From the NCBI GenBank assembly GCA_048882045.1, contig JBHLRZ010000008.1, forward strand, positions 1-64,000: 64,000 nucleotides of DNA. The letters run 5' to 3'. Source of the stretch: Candidatus Thorarchaeota archaeon. Its GTDB lineage: Archaea > Asgardarchaeota > Thorarchaeia > Thorarchaeales > Thorarchaeaceae. The position numbers were made by a program, and so were the translations under genes. Shown here piece by piece: positions 39,041-48,212 of this stretch (position 1 is the stretch's first letter; each line of letters opens with the position of its first letter). The notes under the pieces are model-generated. The model saw nothing but the letters and a program-made list of their open reading frames with translations, searched no databases and was not told the origin of the DNA.

Positions 39041-39400
39041 ATGTCACAACTACAAGAATTCTTCAAATTCCTGATGACACAGTGCAATACCAAGGATGAC
39101 CTAAAGAAGCAGCTCGCTGAGTGGGTGGGTCCTTACCATGGCAAGATCCTTCAGGTTCACACCGAGGAAGGTGACAGTTACATGGTTGTTACAAAGGATA
39201 AGATCGAGATATTCGATGGAGTCTATCCAAGTCCTGATGTTATATACAAAGCCAACTCAGAAACATTACTTGGTATCTTTACTGGGGAAATTCCATTCAG
39301 AGATACGATGAAGGATGGAAGTCTTGAAGTGATCGGAAATGCTCACGAGAGTGATCCTCTTGCCAACCTAATTCTTGCGGTCATGATGGGAGCAATGTAG
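39041..39400 (+). CDS. SCP2 sterol/lipid-binding domain protein
   Basis: G..PSPDVIYKANSETLLGIFTGEIPF..TMKDGSLEVIGN matches the SCP2 C-terminal pattern. Confidence 0.8.
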   Translation: MSQLQEFFKFLMTQCNTKDDLKKQLAEWVGPYHGKILQVHTEEGDSYMVVTKDKIEIFDGVYPSPDVIYKANSETLLGIFTGEIPFRDTMKDGSLEVIGNAHESDPLANLILAVMMGAM

Positions 39401-39411
39401 GAGGTCTAGCA

Positions 39412-40533
39412 ATGGTGAAAAAGATCGCAGTCATAGGCGCTGGGCTCATGGGCGCAGGTATTGCCTATGTATCAGCATGGAATGGCTTTGAAGTCGCGCT
39501 CGTGGATATCAAACAAGAGTTCGTTGATGCAGGTATGGAACGTATTCGTACCGATGTCATGACTGGTATTGATAAGGGAAAGATCTCCATGAGCGAAGCT
39601 GAAGGCCTTATGGGTAGGTTGAGTCCTACTACTAACACCGAGGAGGCCGTCAAGGATGCTGACTTGGTTATTGAGGCTATCTTCGAGAACATGGATGTAA
39701 AGAAAGAGGTCTTTGCCAAGATTGATGCTGCTGCACCACCATCCACGATTCTGGCAACAAACACATCATCACTAAGTATTGATGAACTGGCAGGAGCTAC
39801 AAAACGTCCTGACAAATTCATTGGTATGCACTATTTCTCACCTGTTCCAGCCATGAAGCTTCTAGAGCTAGTAATTGGAGATAAAACAGGTGATGAAACT
39901 ATTGCAGTTGCTGAAGAAGTTGGGAAGAAACAAGGTAAGACGACAGTGATAGCCAAGAACAGCCCAGGCTTCATTGTTAATCGAATCCTCAATCCAGCAA
40001 TGCTCGAGGCGATTCGGATGTTAGAACGTGGCGAAGCAACGAAGGAGGAGATTGATAATGCAATGGTGAGTGTAGGTCGGGCTCCAGCAGGTCCCTTCAC
40101 GTTGGGTGATTTTGTTGGGCTTGATATTGCATTCAATGCTTTGTCGACACTCTACAGAGAGCTTGGAGACTGCTTCACGCCTCCTGATACCCTGAAGAAC
40201 CTTGTCGAAGCAAAACACTTGGGTATGAAGACCAAGAGAGGCTTTTACTCATATGGAGGAGAGGAAATTCCACCAGAGCCTCCGAAAGGTGCCGATCCTC
40301 AGTGGATTGTGGAACGGATCAATATACCCGCCATACGAGAGGCAATGATTCTTGTTGATGATGGCATCGCTTCTGTAGAAGACATCAATATGGCCATGAA
40401 ACTTGGTGCAAGCTGGCCCATGGGTCCATTCGAAATGCTTGAGAATTATGGTGTTGACAAGGTCCGTGATTTCATCAAGAAACTCAATGATGAACTAGGG
40501 GACTGCTATTCTGTACCAAAATATCTAGGTTAG
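39412..40533 (+). CDS. 3-hydroxyacyl-CoA dehydrogenase (copy 1)
   Basis: VIGAGLMG, VIEAIFE, TNTSSL, GMHYFSP, PGFIVNR; duplicated C-terminal domain. Confidence 0.93.
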   Translation: MVKKIAVIGAGLMGAGIAYVSAWNGFEVALVDIKQEFVDAGMERIRTDVMTGIDKGKISMSEAEGLMGRLSPTTNTEEAVKDADLVIEAIFENMDVKKEVFAKIDAAAPPSTILATNTSSLSIDELAGATKRPDKFIGMHYFSPVPAMKLLELVIGDKTGDETIAVAEEVGKKQGKTTVIAKNSPGFIVNRILNPAMLEAIRMLERGEATKEEIDNAMVSVGRAPAGPFTLGDFVGLDIAFNALSTLYRELGDCFTPPDTLKNLVEAKHLGMKTKRGFYSYGGEEIPPEPPKGADPQWIVERINIPAIREAMILVDDGIASVEDINMAMKLGASWPMGPFEMLENYGVDKVRDFIKKLNDELGDCYSVPKYLG

Positions 40534-40541
40534 AACATGCT

Positions 40542-40572
40542 GGCAGGGTTCAATCCCTGCCTCCTCATTTTT
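40542..40572 (+). terminator. Hairpin plus T tract ending operon 37747-40533
   Basis: GGCAGGG-TTCAAT-CCCTGCC followed by TCCTCATTTTT. Confidence 0.6.
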
Positions 40573-40667
40573 GAAAGAATATTGGTTAAAATCAGTAACC
40601 ATTCCCCCATGATAAATGAGGTTTATAAGTCGGTCACTCTCTCCGAAATCCGTATAATCTCCGAAAG

Positions 40668-41489
40668 GTGGAAAAAATGCCAGAGTATGAAACATTACTT
40701 TACTCAAAGGAAGGTTCGTTTCTTTCTCCTGCAAAGAACGTAGCTGTAATCAAGATGAATCGCGTTGATGCCATGAATGCCTTCAACGCAACTATCCTCA
40801 ACGAGCTTGTTGAAGCTCTGAAAGAGGCTGAAAACGATCCAGAGGTAAGGTCAATCGTAATCGCATCAACACACGATAAGGTGTTTGGTGTTGGTGCAGA
40901 CCTTAAGGAGGCGCAGGCACTCCTGAGTTCACCTGATGAAGTTCAACCTCTCTTGAAACAAGGTATCGAAGCTATTGATACTGTTGCAAAGCTCTCCAAG
41001 CCAGTAATAGCAGCCGTTAATGGACTTTGTCTTGGCGGTGGTTTCGAACTTGCTCTCGCCTCTGATATCCGAATCTGTGATACTGAGGCAAAGCTTGGAG
41101 CAGTAGAGGTTGGAATTGGATTAATTCCATCATGGGGAGGATGCTGTAGACTCCCCAGAATTGTTGGACTTGGAAAGGCAATGGAGATGACTCTAACTGG
41201 CGGACAGATCACAGCGCAAGAGGCTCTGGAGATGGGACTTGTGAGCAAAGTCGTTGGCAAGGATGAGTTATTGAGCCAAGCTATGTGGTACGGAGCGAAA
41301 TTTGGTGGAAATGCACCAGTAGCTTTGAAGCTAGCAAAACAAGCGACGCATATGGCTTTCGAGAGTGACTATAAACACAATTTCGAGTTTCAAGTCGACG
41401 CTGGTGTTCAATGTTTCCACACAAAGGATCTTGCTGAAGGAATCGCCTCGGTCTTTGAGAAAAGACGCGGAAAATTCACGGGAGAGTAA
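40668..41489 (+). CDS. Enoyl-CoA hydratase/isomerase (crotonase)
   Basis: FGVGADL, KPVIAAVNGLCLGGGFELALASDIR, E..IGLIP. Confidence 0.92.
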   Translation: MEKMPEYETLLYSKEGSFLSPAKNVAVIKMNRVDAMNAFNATILNELVEALKEAENDPEVRSIVIASTHDKVFGVGADLKEAQALLSSPDEVQPLLKQGIEAIDTVAKLSKPVIAAVNGLCLGGGFELALASDIRICDTEAKLGAVEVGIGLIPSWGGCCRLPRIVGLGKAMEMTLTGGQITAQEALEMGLVSKVVGKDELLSQAMWYGAKFGGNAPVALKLAKQATHMAFESDYKHNFEFQVDAGVQCFHTKDLAEGIASVFEKRRGKFTGE

Positions 41490-41497
41490 CTTTTCTT

Positions 41498-41532
41498 GGT
41501 CCTCCCAATTGGGAGGATCTTCTCTTTCTTTC
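41498..41532 (+). terminator. Palindromic hairpin between convergent genes
   Basis: TCCTCCCAATTGGGAGGA flanked by T/C-rich tracts. Confidence 0.6.
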
Positions 41533-41542
41533 ATAGAAATTT

Positions 41543-42013
41543 CTACCAGATTATTCTCCCCATGTCTCTGGCCCGCAATGACTTTGTAAGTTCTCCCAAG
41601 TGATACATACAATGCCGCATAACATAGATGTACTTGTGCAGAATGGACTTGAATCCCCGCCGCGCAAAACCATCGGTTCCTAGCACCTCTTGGTCACTTA
41701 GCCCCTTCAATATCTTCAGTGTCTGCTTCTTAACTCGTTTAACATAATCTTCGAAGAATTCTCGATCTTTCTTCAAGAGTGCCTCTGTTTCTTTTCTCCT
41801 AGAATTCGCGGATACATCGTTTATTGGTGTCCATTCACTTTCCGAATTACTATTGTAGAATTCAATTGCCTCAACAATGTGAAATAGAATGTATGCATAC
41901 ACCCAGTCCTTTTCATCTTCTCTCCAGAAATCGCCATCCATCCTCGAAACAGCTTGGTTAATCATCTTAAAGGTGGAATTCATCTCGAAAACCAGGGTTT
42001 GAACAATTGACAT
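41543..42013 (-). CDS. DinB/YfiT-like four-helix protein
   Basis: ILFHIVEAIEFY and HCMYHLGEL His motifs. Confidence 0.8.
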   Translation of the reverse strand: MSIVQTLVFEMNSTFKMINQAVSRMDGDFWREDEKDWVYAYILFHIVEAIEFYNSNSESEWTPINDVSANSRRKETEALLKKDREFFEDYVKRVKKQTLKILKGLSDQEVLGTDGFARRGFKSILHKYIYVMRHCMYHLGELTKSLRARDMGRIIW

Positions 42014-42212
42014 ATCCTGCTCTCAATAGGTATGTGTCATTAATGTTGCTCCCCCTTTAATCTATATAATCGCCTCCGGAGTACCATCCTTCTTTTTGAG
42101 GGTTAATCGTCAACCTTAAGACCCCGTAGTCGATGGGAAGTTACATACTGTATACAATTGAGCCAATCTCTGGAAACACAAGACTGGCTCTTCCCACGGA
42201 GGACAAGAAAAG

Positions 42213-43379
42213 TTGGCAAGAAAAGTTGCTGTCGTCGCTGGAGGCCACAGCAAATTTGGAAAACGATACGATGCCACGATGAGAGAGCTAAGTGCTGAGG
42301 CCTACAAACCGATCTATGACGAAGGACTCACACAGGATAAGATAGACGCCAGTGTTCTCTCATATGCTGCATCGCAATTCTCTGGACAAGGCGCAGGATC
42401 TGCGTTGATAGCAGACTATCTCGGGTTACAAGACAAACCTCACCTGAGAGTGGAATCTGCATGTACTACTGGAACTGCCAGCCTCAGAGCAGCTTGGGGT
42501 ATGGTGGCCTCAGGCCTCTACGATGTAATGTTGGTGTTGGGTGTTGAACAGATGAATCGTGTATCATCTGCCACTGCAACAGAGTATATGTCACAGGCAG
42601 GTGATATGCGTTGGGAATATCCATTTGGTATCAGTTTCCCTGCATTCTATGCATTGATGGCTTCACGCTACATGAGCGAATATAACATGGAGCATGATAC
42701 ATTGGCTAAGATATCTGTGAAGTCCCACCATTATGGATCACTAAATCCAAAGGCTCATCTTCCGAAAGAAGTGTCTTTCGAAGAAGCGAACAATGCTGTT
42801 CCAATTTGCAGACCGTTGAATCTCTATGATTGTAGTCTTATAACGGATGGTGCTGCCGCTGTCGTCATTGCTGCAGAGGATTGTGTGAAGGAGTTTACTG
42901 ACAGGCCCATGTGGATTAAAGGAATCGGTGCTGGTGCATCAGAAATGATGATTCAGGACCGACCAAGTCTCACCTCGATTCCAGGAGCTAAACGTGCTGC
43001 TAAGGCAGCCTACAAAATGGCTGGAGTTGAACCTAAGGACATCGATATGGCTCAGGTTCATGACTGTTTCTCTATCGCAGAACTCATCGCTTATGAGGAC
43101 TGTGGCTTTGCTGAACCTGGAAAAGGTCCAGAGATGGTTGAGAACAAAGAAATGTATCACGATGGTAGAATTCCTGTGAACTGTGATGGTGGTCTGAAAA
43201 GCAAGGGCCATCCACTAGGCGCCACAGGCGTTTCTATGACCTATGAAATCTTTAAGCAGATGCGTGGAGAGGCTGATTTGCCATCACGACAGATTGACGA
43301 TGTCAAACTTGGACTGGCACACAATGTAGGACAGTCGGGTCAATTTGTCAATGTGTTCATCTTTGAGAGGGGTTGGTAA
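42213..43379 (+). CDS. Thiolase (archaeal SCPx-type acetyl-CoA acetyltransferase)
   Basis: VESACTTG, HDCF, GGLKSKGHPLGATG, AHNVG. Confidence 0.93.
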   Translation: MARKVAVVAGGHSKFGKRYDATMRELSAEAYKPIYDEGLTQDKIDASVLSYAASQFSGQGAGSALIADYLGLQDKPHLRVESACTTGTASLRAAWGMVASGLYDVMLVLGVEQMNRVSSATATEYMSQAGDMRWEYPFGISFPAFYALMASRYMSEYNMEHDTLAKISVKSHHYGSLNPKAHLPKEVSFEEANNAVPICRPLNLYDCSLITDGAAAVVIAAEDCVKEFTDRPMWIKGIGAGASEMMIQDRPSLTSIPGAKRAAKAAYKMAGVEPKDIDMAQVHDCFSIAELIAYEDCGFAEPGKGPEMVENKEMYHDGRIPVNCDGGLKSKGHPLGATGVSMTYEIFKQMRGEADLPSRQIDDVKLGLAHNVGQSGQFVNVFIFERGW

Positions 43380-43382
43380 GAA

Positions 43383-43796
43383 ATGGCTGAACAGAAAGAA
43401 GTCTACCTTGGTTACTCAACAGACAAGGCTGTGACACCATTCCTCCAGAAATTCCTTGAGGCTCTCGATGAAGGAAAACTCATGAAGAGCAAGTGCCCAA
43501 AGTGTGGGGCGGAATATCTACCACCGAGACAGCATTGTCAGAAAGACATGACTGAGTGTGAGCTGATAGAGGAAACTGAACGTGAAGCAAAGCTTTATTC
43601 TTATGTCATTGTGGACTTTGCTCCAGCAAGTCTGTCTTCAAAACAGCCCTATATAGTGGCCATCGGAGAGTTTCCATCAGGGCTTAGATTGACTGCCCAT
43701 ATCACCAACCCGATGGGTCCACCCACCGTCGGCATGCCTCTCAAACTAGCATTTGAAACACAAGACAAGATGACCACCTACAAGTGGCTCGTATAA
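43383..43796 (+). CDS. DUF35 Zn-ribbon/OB-fold thiolase partner
   Basis: KCPKCG..YLPPRQHC, LYSY, PY.VAI; directly downstream of the thiolase. Confidence 0.9.
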   Translation: MAEQKEVYLGYSTDKAVTPFLQKFLEALDEGKLMKSKCPKCGAEYLPPRQHCQKDMTECELIEETEREAKLYSYVIVDFAPASLSSKQPYIVAIGEFPSGLRLTAHITNPMGPPTVGMPLKLAFETQDKMTTYKWLV

Positions 43797-43803
43797 ATAG
43801 GTT

Positions 43804-43831
43804 GAGCCTTCGGGCTCTCCCTCTCATTTTT
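43804..43831 (+). terminator. cUUCGg hairpin plus T tract
   Basis: GAGCC-TTCG-GGCTC followed by TCCCTCTCATTTTT. Confidence 0.65.
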
Positions 43832-43836
43832 CTAGG

Positions 43837-44073
43837 TTAATTTCTCCTTGTTTTAGCTCTGAACGAGATACAACCATTCGGACACTCATCAATGCAATTT
43901 CCACAATCCTTACAATACTGAATGTGCGCAACCTGAGGTTTCTCGTCTAGCTTCTCATAGACACCATACCTACACGTCTTTAGACATGTCCCACACCCAT
44001 CACAACAGGTTTCATCAATTATTGTAGGAATATGTGTCCACCTTTGGCTTTTTACCGGTGATTCATTATCCAT
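43837..44073 (-). CDS. 2x[4Fe-4S] ferredoxin
   Basis: CDGCGTCLKTC and CKDCGNCIDECP. Confidence 0.9.
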   Translation of the reverse strand: MDNESPVKSQRWTHIPTIIDETCCDGCGTCLKTCRYGVYEKLDEKPQVAHIQYCKDCGNCIDECPNGCISFRAKTRRN

Positions 44074-44099
44074 CTTTTGAATGATGCTCTATGTACAAA

Positions 44100-44453
44100 T
44101 TAGTGACTATATTTTGAGAGTGACTCAAGAACTTTGGACCACCTGGTCTGTCTTGATACTTCCTTCAAGGTACTGAAATAGACCAGTAATGCATCATCCG
44201 AATTACAACAATCAATCTTGATCAGAGCATCTTCGATCAAATCTTTAACATCTTCAAACCTACGTCTGCCCTCGTTACGCCGGTAGTCTGAGAAGATGAC
44301 ATAATCTCGTTTTGTGCTCCTCAGTGCGGCGATGAGCTTCGACTCTTCTTGAACTAGAGTTCTGAAATCATAAGTCTTCTGAAGGTTCTCTTTCATAGCA
44401 CTAAGATTCTGTTTCCAGGTTGCCTTTCTATCACCTGAATCCACGTAGTTCAA
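44100..44453 (-). CDS. Hypothetical protein
   Basis: ORF with a probable TTG start at 44453 after GGAG. Confidence 0.65.
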   Translation of the reverse strand: MNYVDSGDRKATWKQNLSAMKENLQKTYDFRTLVQEESKLIAALRSTKRDYVIFSDYRRNEGRRRFEDVKDLIEDALIKIDCCNSDDALLVYFSTLKEVSRQTRWSKVLESLSKYSH

Positions 44454-44626
44454 TCTCCGGTTGAGGGGGTAGTAATGACTAGAGTAAACTCGCAATTAAA
44501 TATTAAGTGAAATCCAAGGATTCGGCGCGTTTTCCTCTGGGTCTTAAATGGTTTCAATCCCCAAAATGACTTCCTAATGCTTATTACGTAGCTTGAACCC
44601 TCCGCATTCAATGAGGAGGAAGAACT

Positions 44627-45412
44627 GTGTCTGAACAGGAAGTTCTCTATGAAGTAGCTGATGGAGTCGCAACCATCACAATAAATCGACCTGCGAAATA
44701 CAATGCCTTGAACGGTGCTGTAAGAGAATATCTCACTGATTTCTTGAAGAAAGCGGAAGAGGATGATTCCGTCAGAGTTGTTGTCCTGACAGGGGCTGGT
44801 GAGAAGGCCTTCGCAGCTGGGGCTGACATCTCTCAATTTCCAGGAGTTAACTCCAAAGAAGTACGGCCAGCAGCCAAACAAGGACAGGATATCAGTGTCT
44901 ATATTGAGTCAATGAACAAACCAGTAATCGCTTCTGTAAACGGCATTGCTCTGGGAGGAGGCTGTGAGCTAGCAATGTCCTGCGACATTAGGTATGCATC
45001 CGCAAATGCAAGATTCGGACAACCTGAGATTCTCTTGGGAATCATTCCGGGTTATGGAGGTACTGTCAGACTCCCGCGACTTGTAGGTCTTGGAAATGCA
45101 AAAGAGCTCGTATACACGGGAGACCAGATCAAGGCTGACGAAGCATTACGGATGGGTCTAGTCAACAAAGTGTTTGATTCTGTCGAAGAACTCCATAAAG
45201 GTGTCAAGGAACTCACAGATAAGCTCGTTGAGAGACCTGGTGTCGCAATTAAATTAGCAAAACAATCGCTGAACAGCTCGTGGCAAATGTCTCTTCGTGA
45301 TAGTCTCGCACTCGAGCTGGATGTGTTTTGTCAAACATTCGATACAGAAGACAAGGAAGAGGGTGTGGCAGCTTTTCTTGAGAAGCGAAAAGCTGAGTTC
45401 AAACACAAGTAA
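44627..45412 (+). CDS. Enoyl-CoA hydratase
   Basis: AFAAGADI, NGIALGGGCELAMSCDIR, GQPEILLG. Confidence 0.93.
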   Translation: MSEQEVLYEVADGVATITINRPAKYNALNGAVREYLTDFLKKAEEDDSVRVVVLTGAGEKAFAAGADISQFPGVNSKEVRPAAKQGQDISVYIESMNKPVIASVNGIALGGGCELAMSCDIRYASANARFGQPEILLGIIPGYGGTVRLPRLVGLGNAKELVYTGDQIKADEALRMGLVNKVFDSVEELHKGVKELTDKLVERPGVAIKLAKQSLNSSWQMSLRDSLALELDVFCQTFDTEDKEEGVAAFLEKRKAEFKHK

Positions 45413-45499
45413 TCATGTGGACTCAATTAAATGAGTTTGTATATATAGCACCCCACCAATAGTGGAATTGAGGTTTCGGGTGCGTTTATCCTGCGAGGA

Positions 45500-46270
45500 G
45501 TGAAAATGACAACGAATGCTAAGGAAAAATCAGATGCAAGCAGTGAGAAGATTCAGGACACCAAAGTTGCAGCTGGTCTAGATGTTCTAAAACATGTCAG
45601 GTCCCGACGATCAATACGTGAATTCACAGGTGGAAAGATTCCGGATGATCATATAGAGTTGATTTTGGAAGCAGCACGACATGCTCCAAGTCCTGAGAAC
45701 ATGCTCATGATTCGTTTGATTGTGATTCGAGATGATCAGGGGACAAAGGAGTTTCTCGCTGACATAGCGCAGGAAAACGCCCGAACGGTGTTCGGAAATT
45801 CACCTTTCGAGCTTACAAGCGGGAGGAACTGGTACATTAGTGATGAGTATCGAGCTGGTGTGTTCTCCCGCCTTAGAGAAGGAGAACTGTTCAGATATCC
45901 CGAGAAGAGTGACACAGTGATTGTTGTCTGCGCTAGCAACGCATGGCATGACGCAACAAAGTTGTATCCCAATGAGCTCTTTGGTTCAGTTGTCGCAGGT
46001 ATGGCTATTCAAAATATGTGGATGGTGGCAACTGCGATGGGGTACGGTTGCGGCTATGAGGCTTTAGTCTGTTCAGACGCTCGACATACTGAGATGATAC
46101 GTGAAAGAATAGGGATTCCACCCATTTGGACTCCTCTGACAGCTTTCTGTGTTGGGATCCCGGTATCAAAAAGACATCTTGGACCCAGCCGTCCACCACT
46201 TGAAGGGCTCCTATATGATGAACGATGGGGTAAGCCTTACACACGAATTGCTTTCAGAGAAAAGGATTGA
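45500..46270 (+). CDS. Nitroreductase-family flavoprotein (copy 2)
   Basis: Close paralog of 37747..38508 with shared ILEAARHAPSPENML, PFELTSGRNW and ELFRYPEKSDTVI. Confidence 0.9.
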   Translation: MKMTTNAKEKSDASSEKIQDTKVAAGLDVLKHVRSRRSIREFTGGKIPDDHIELILEAARHAPSPENMLMIRLIVIRDDQGTKEFLADIAQENARTVFGNSPFELTSGRNWYISDEYRAGVFSRLREGELFRYPEKSDTVIVVCASNAWHDATKLYPNELFGSVVAGMAIQNMWMVATAMGYGCGYEALVCSDARHTEMIRERIGIPPIWTPLTAFCVGIPVSKRHLGPSRPPLEGLLYDERWGKPYTRIAFREKD

Positions 46271-47403
46271 GAAAAATGGAAGTCAGAAAAATAGCAGTAA
46301 TTGGTGCTGGTCTTATGGGTACAGGAATCTCATATGTGTCAAGGGCATCTGGATATGAGGTGATTATGACTGATTTGGATGATGACGCAATACAACGAGG
46401 TCTGTCAAGGTTCCTGGGCTATGTGGAATCAGGAATCAAACGGGGAAAGTTATCTCCCGAAGATGGTGAGAAGTTAGTCAGTAAGCTAACCACTACAACA
46501 AACTTGAGCGAGGCAGTCAGTGATGTGGACCTAGTCATAGAGGCAGTCTTCGAAGATATGGATGTCAAGAAGAAGCTGTTCAAAGAAATGGACAGTGTTG
46601 CAAAGCCCCACACAATCCTCGCTTCCAACACATCCTCCTTGAGCATAACCGAGCTTGGTAAAGTGACAAACCGACCGAACAAGGTAGTTGGGATGCACTA
46701 TTTCTCCCCTGTTCCTGCAATGAAGCTTCTAGAGGTCATAGTGGGTAAAGAAACGAATGAGGACACAATTCAAACTGCTTTGGAGGTTGGCGAGAAGCAG
46801 AGAAAGATTACAGTGAAGGCAATCGATAGCCCAGGTTTTATTGTCAACAGACTCCGTGCGCAGATTGGGAGGGCAATATACCAAATCTATGAACAAGGCT
46901 TAGCAAGTGCTGAAGAGATTGACACAGCAATGAAAGAGAAGTTCGGTGTACCGATGGGATCATTGGAACTTGCTGACTTTGTAGGCTTGGATGTATCACT
47001 TGGTACAGGGAGTACTCTTGAGAGAGAATTGGGAGAATGCTACAAGGTTCCTGAAATACTCAAGAAATATGTGAAAGAAGGAAGACTCGGAAGAAAGACT
47101 AGCAAGGGTTTCTATGCATATGAGGATGGACAGAAACGGTCACTTGACGAACCAAAGGGTGCTGATCCGGATTGGTTGGTCACAAGAGTCATCATGCCCT
47201 ACCTTAGGGAAGCCATGATTGAGCTAGAGACTGGAATTGCATCAAAAGAGGACATTGACAAAGCCATGAAATTGGGTTCTAATTACCGAGAAGGGCCCTT
47301 TGAAACCATTGAGCGACTCGGGCTTGATTTGGTGCGTGAAGAGTTGCTGAAACTCCAAAAAGAATTTGGAGATTGTTATAGTCTTCCAAAGATGCTTCAG
47401 TGA
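46267..47403 (+). CDS. 3-hydroxyacyl-CoA dehydrogenase (copy 2)
   Basis: VIGAGLMG, SNTSSL, GMHYFSPVPAMKLLE, PGFIVNR. Confidence 0.93.
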   Translation: MRKMEVRKIAVIGAGLMGTGISYVSRASGYEVIMTDLDDDAIQRGLSRFLGYVESGIKRGKLSPEDGEKLVSKLTTTTNLSEAVSDVDLVIEAVFEDMDVKKKLFKEMDSVAKPHTILASNTSSLSITELGKVTNRPNKVVGMHYFSPVPAMKLLEVIVGKETNEDTIQTALEVGEKQRKITVKAIDSPGFIVNRLRAQIGRAIYQIYEQGLASAEEIDTAMKEKFGVPMGSLELADFVGLDVSLGTGSTLERELGECYKVPEILKKYVKEGRLGRKTSKGFYAYEDGQKRSLDEPKGADPDWLVTRVIMPYLREAMIELETGIASKEDIDKAMKLGSNYREGPFETIERLGLDLVREELLKLQKEFGDCYSLPKMLQ

Positions 47404-47422
47404 TATAGGGGTGAATAGATTC

Positions 47423-48208
47423 ATGGCAGAGGATTTGGTTATTTATGATGTAGAAGATGCGATTGCGACAATCACGATTAACCGCGTGGAGAAATACAAT
47501 GCCTTCAATCTCGCAGTGAAGGAGTCACTACTCACAATGTTCAAACGAGCAGAGGAGGATCCGTCAGTCCGAGTCGTTGTTGTTACTGGTGCAGGTGAGA
47601 AGGCATTCATCTCTGGAAGTGACATCACAGATTTCGTGGGACGGGATTCGGAGAGCATCAAAGATGTTGTTTGTCCCAGTCGTGATATTGCTGAATACAT
47701 GACATCAATGACTAAGCCAATAATTGCATCCATCAACGGCTATGCACTTGGTGGAGGCTGTGAGCTGGCTTTGGCATGTGACATTCGGTATTCATCATCC
47801 AATGCACAACTAGGTCTTCCAGAGATTAATCTTGGAACAATTCCTGGAAATGGAGGAACTGCAAGACTACCCAGACTTGTTGGTGTAGGAATCGCGAAAG
47901 AACTCATCATGACAGGAGGTCGGATAAGCGCTCAGGAAGCCCATCGAATCGGACTCGTAAACAGAGTCTTTGATTCTCAGGCTGAACTAAGGGAGGGTGT
48001 GATGGAACTCGCAAAGAAACTCTCCGAAATGCCAGGAGTTGCTCTAGGTCTGGCAAAACAGTCAATTCAGAAAGCCTGGGACCTCTCACTCGATGAACAT
48101 CTTGCTTTTGAGCTCGTTGCATTTTGTCAGACCTTTGACACTGAAGACAAAGAAGAAGGTGTAGCAGCTTTCCTCGAGAAACGTAAACCCCACTTCAAAC
48201 ATAGGTAA
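47423..48208 (+). CDS. Enoyl-CoA hydratase
   Basis: AFISGSDI, NGYALGGGCELALACDIR, GLPEINLG; paralog of 44627..45412. Confidence 0.93.
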   Translation: MAEDLVIYDVEDAIATITINRVEKYNAFNLAVKESLLTMFKRAEEDPSVRVVVVTGAGEKAFISGSDITDFVGRDSESIKDVVCPSRDIAEYMTSMTKPIIASINGYALGGGCELALACDIRYSSSNAQLGLPEINLGTIPGNGGTARLPRLVGVGIAKELIMTGGRISAQEAHRIGLVNRVFDSQAELREGVMELAKKLSEMPGVALGLAKQSIQKAWDLSLDEHLAFELVAFCQTFDTEDKEEGVAAFLEKRKPHFKHR

Positions 48209-48212
48209 TGAA

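Noticed and set aside
40542-40561. GGTTCAATCCC resembles a tRNA T-arm (possible tRNA or att site)
   Set aside because: No D-arm, anticodon arm or acceptor stem, and no integrase nearby; position and T tract fit a terminator
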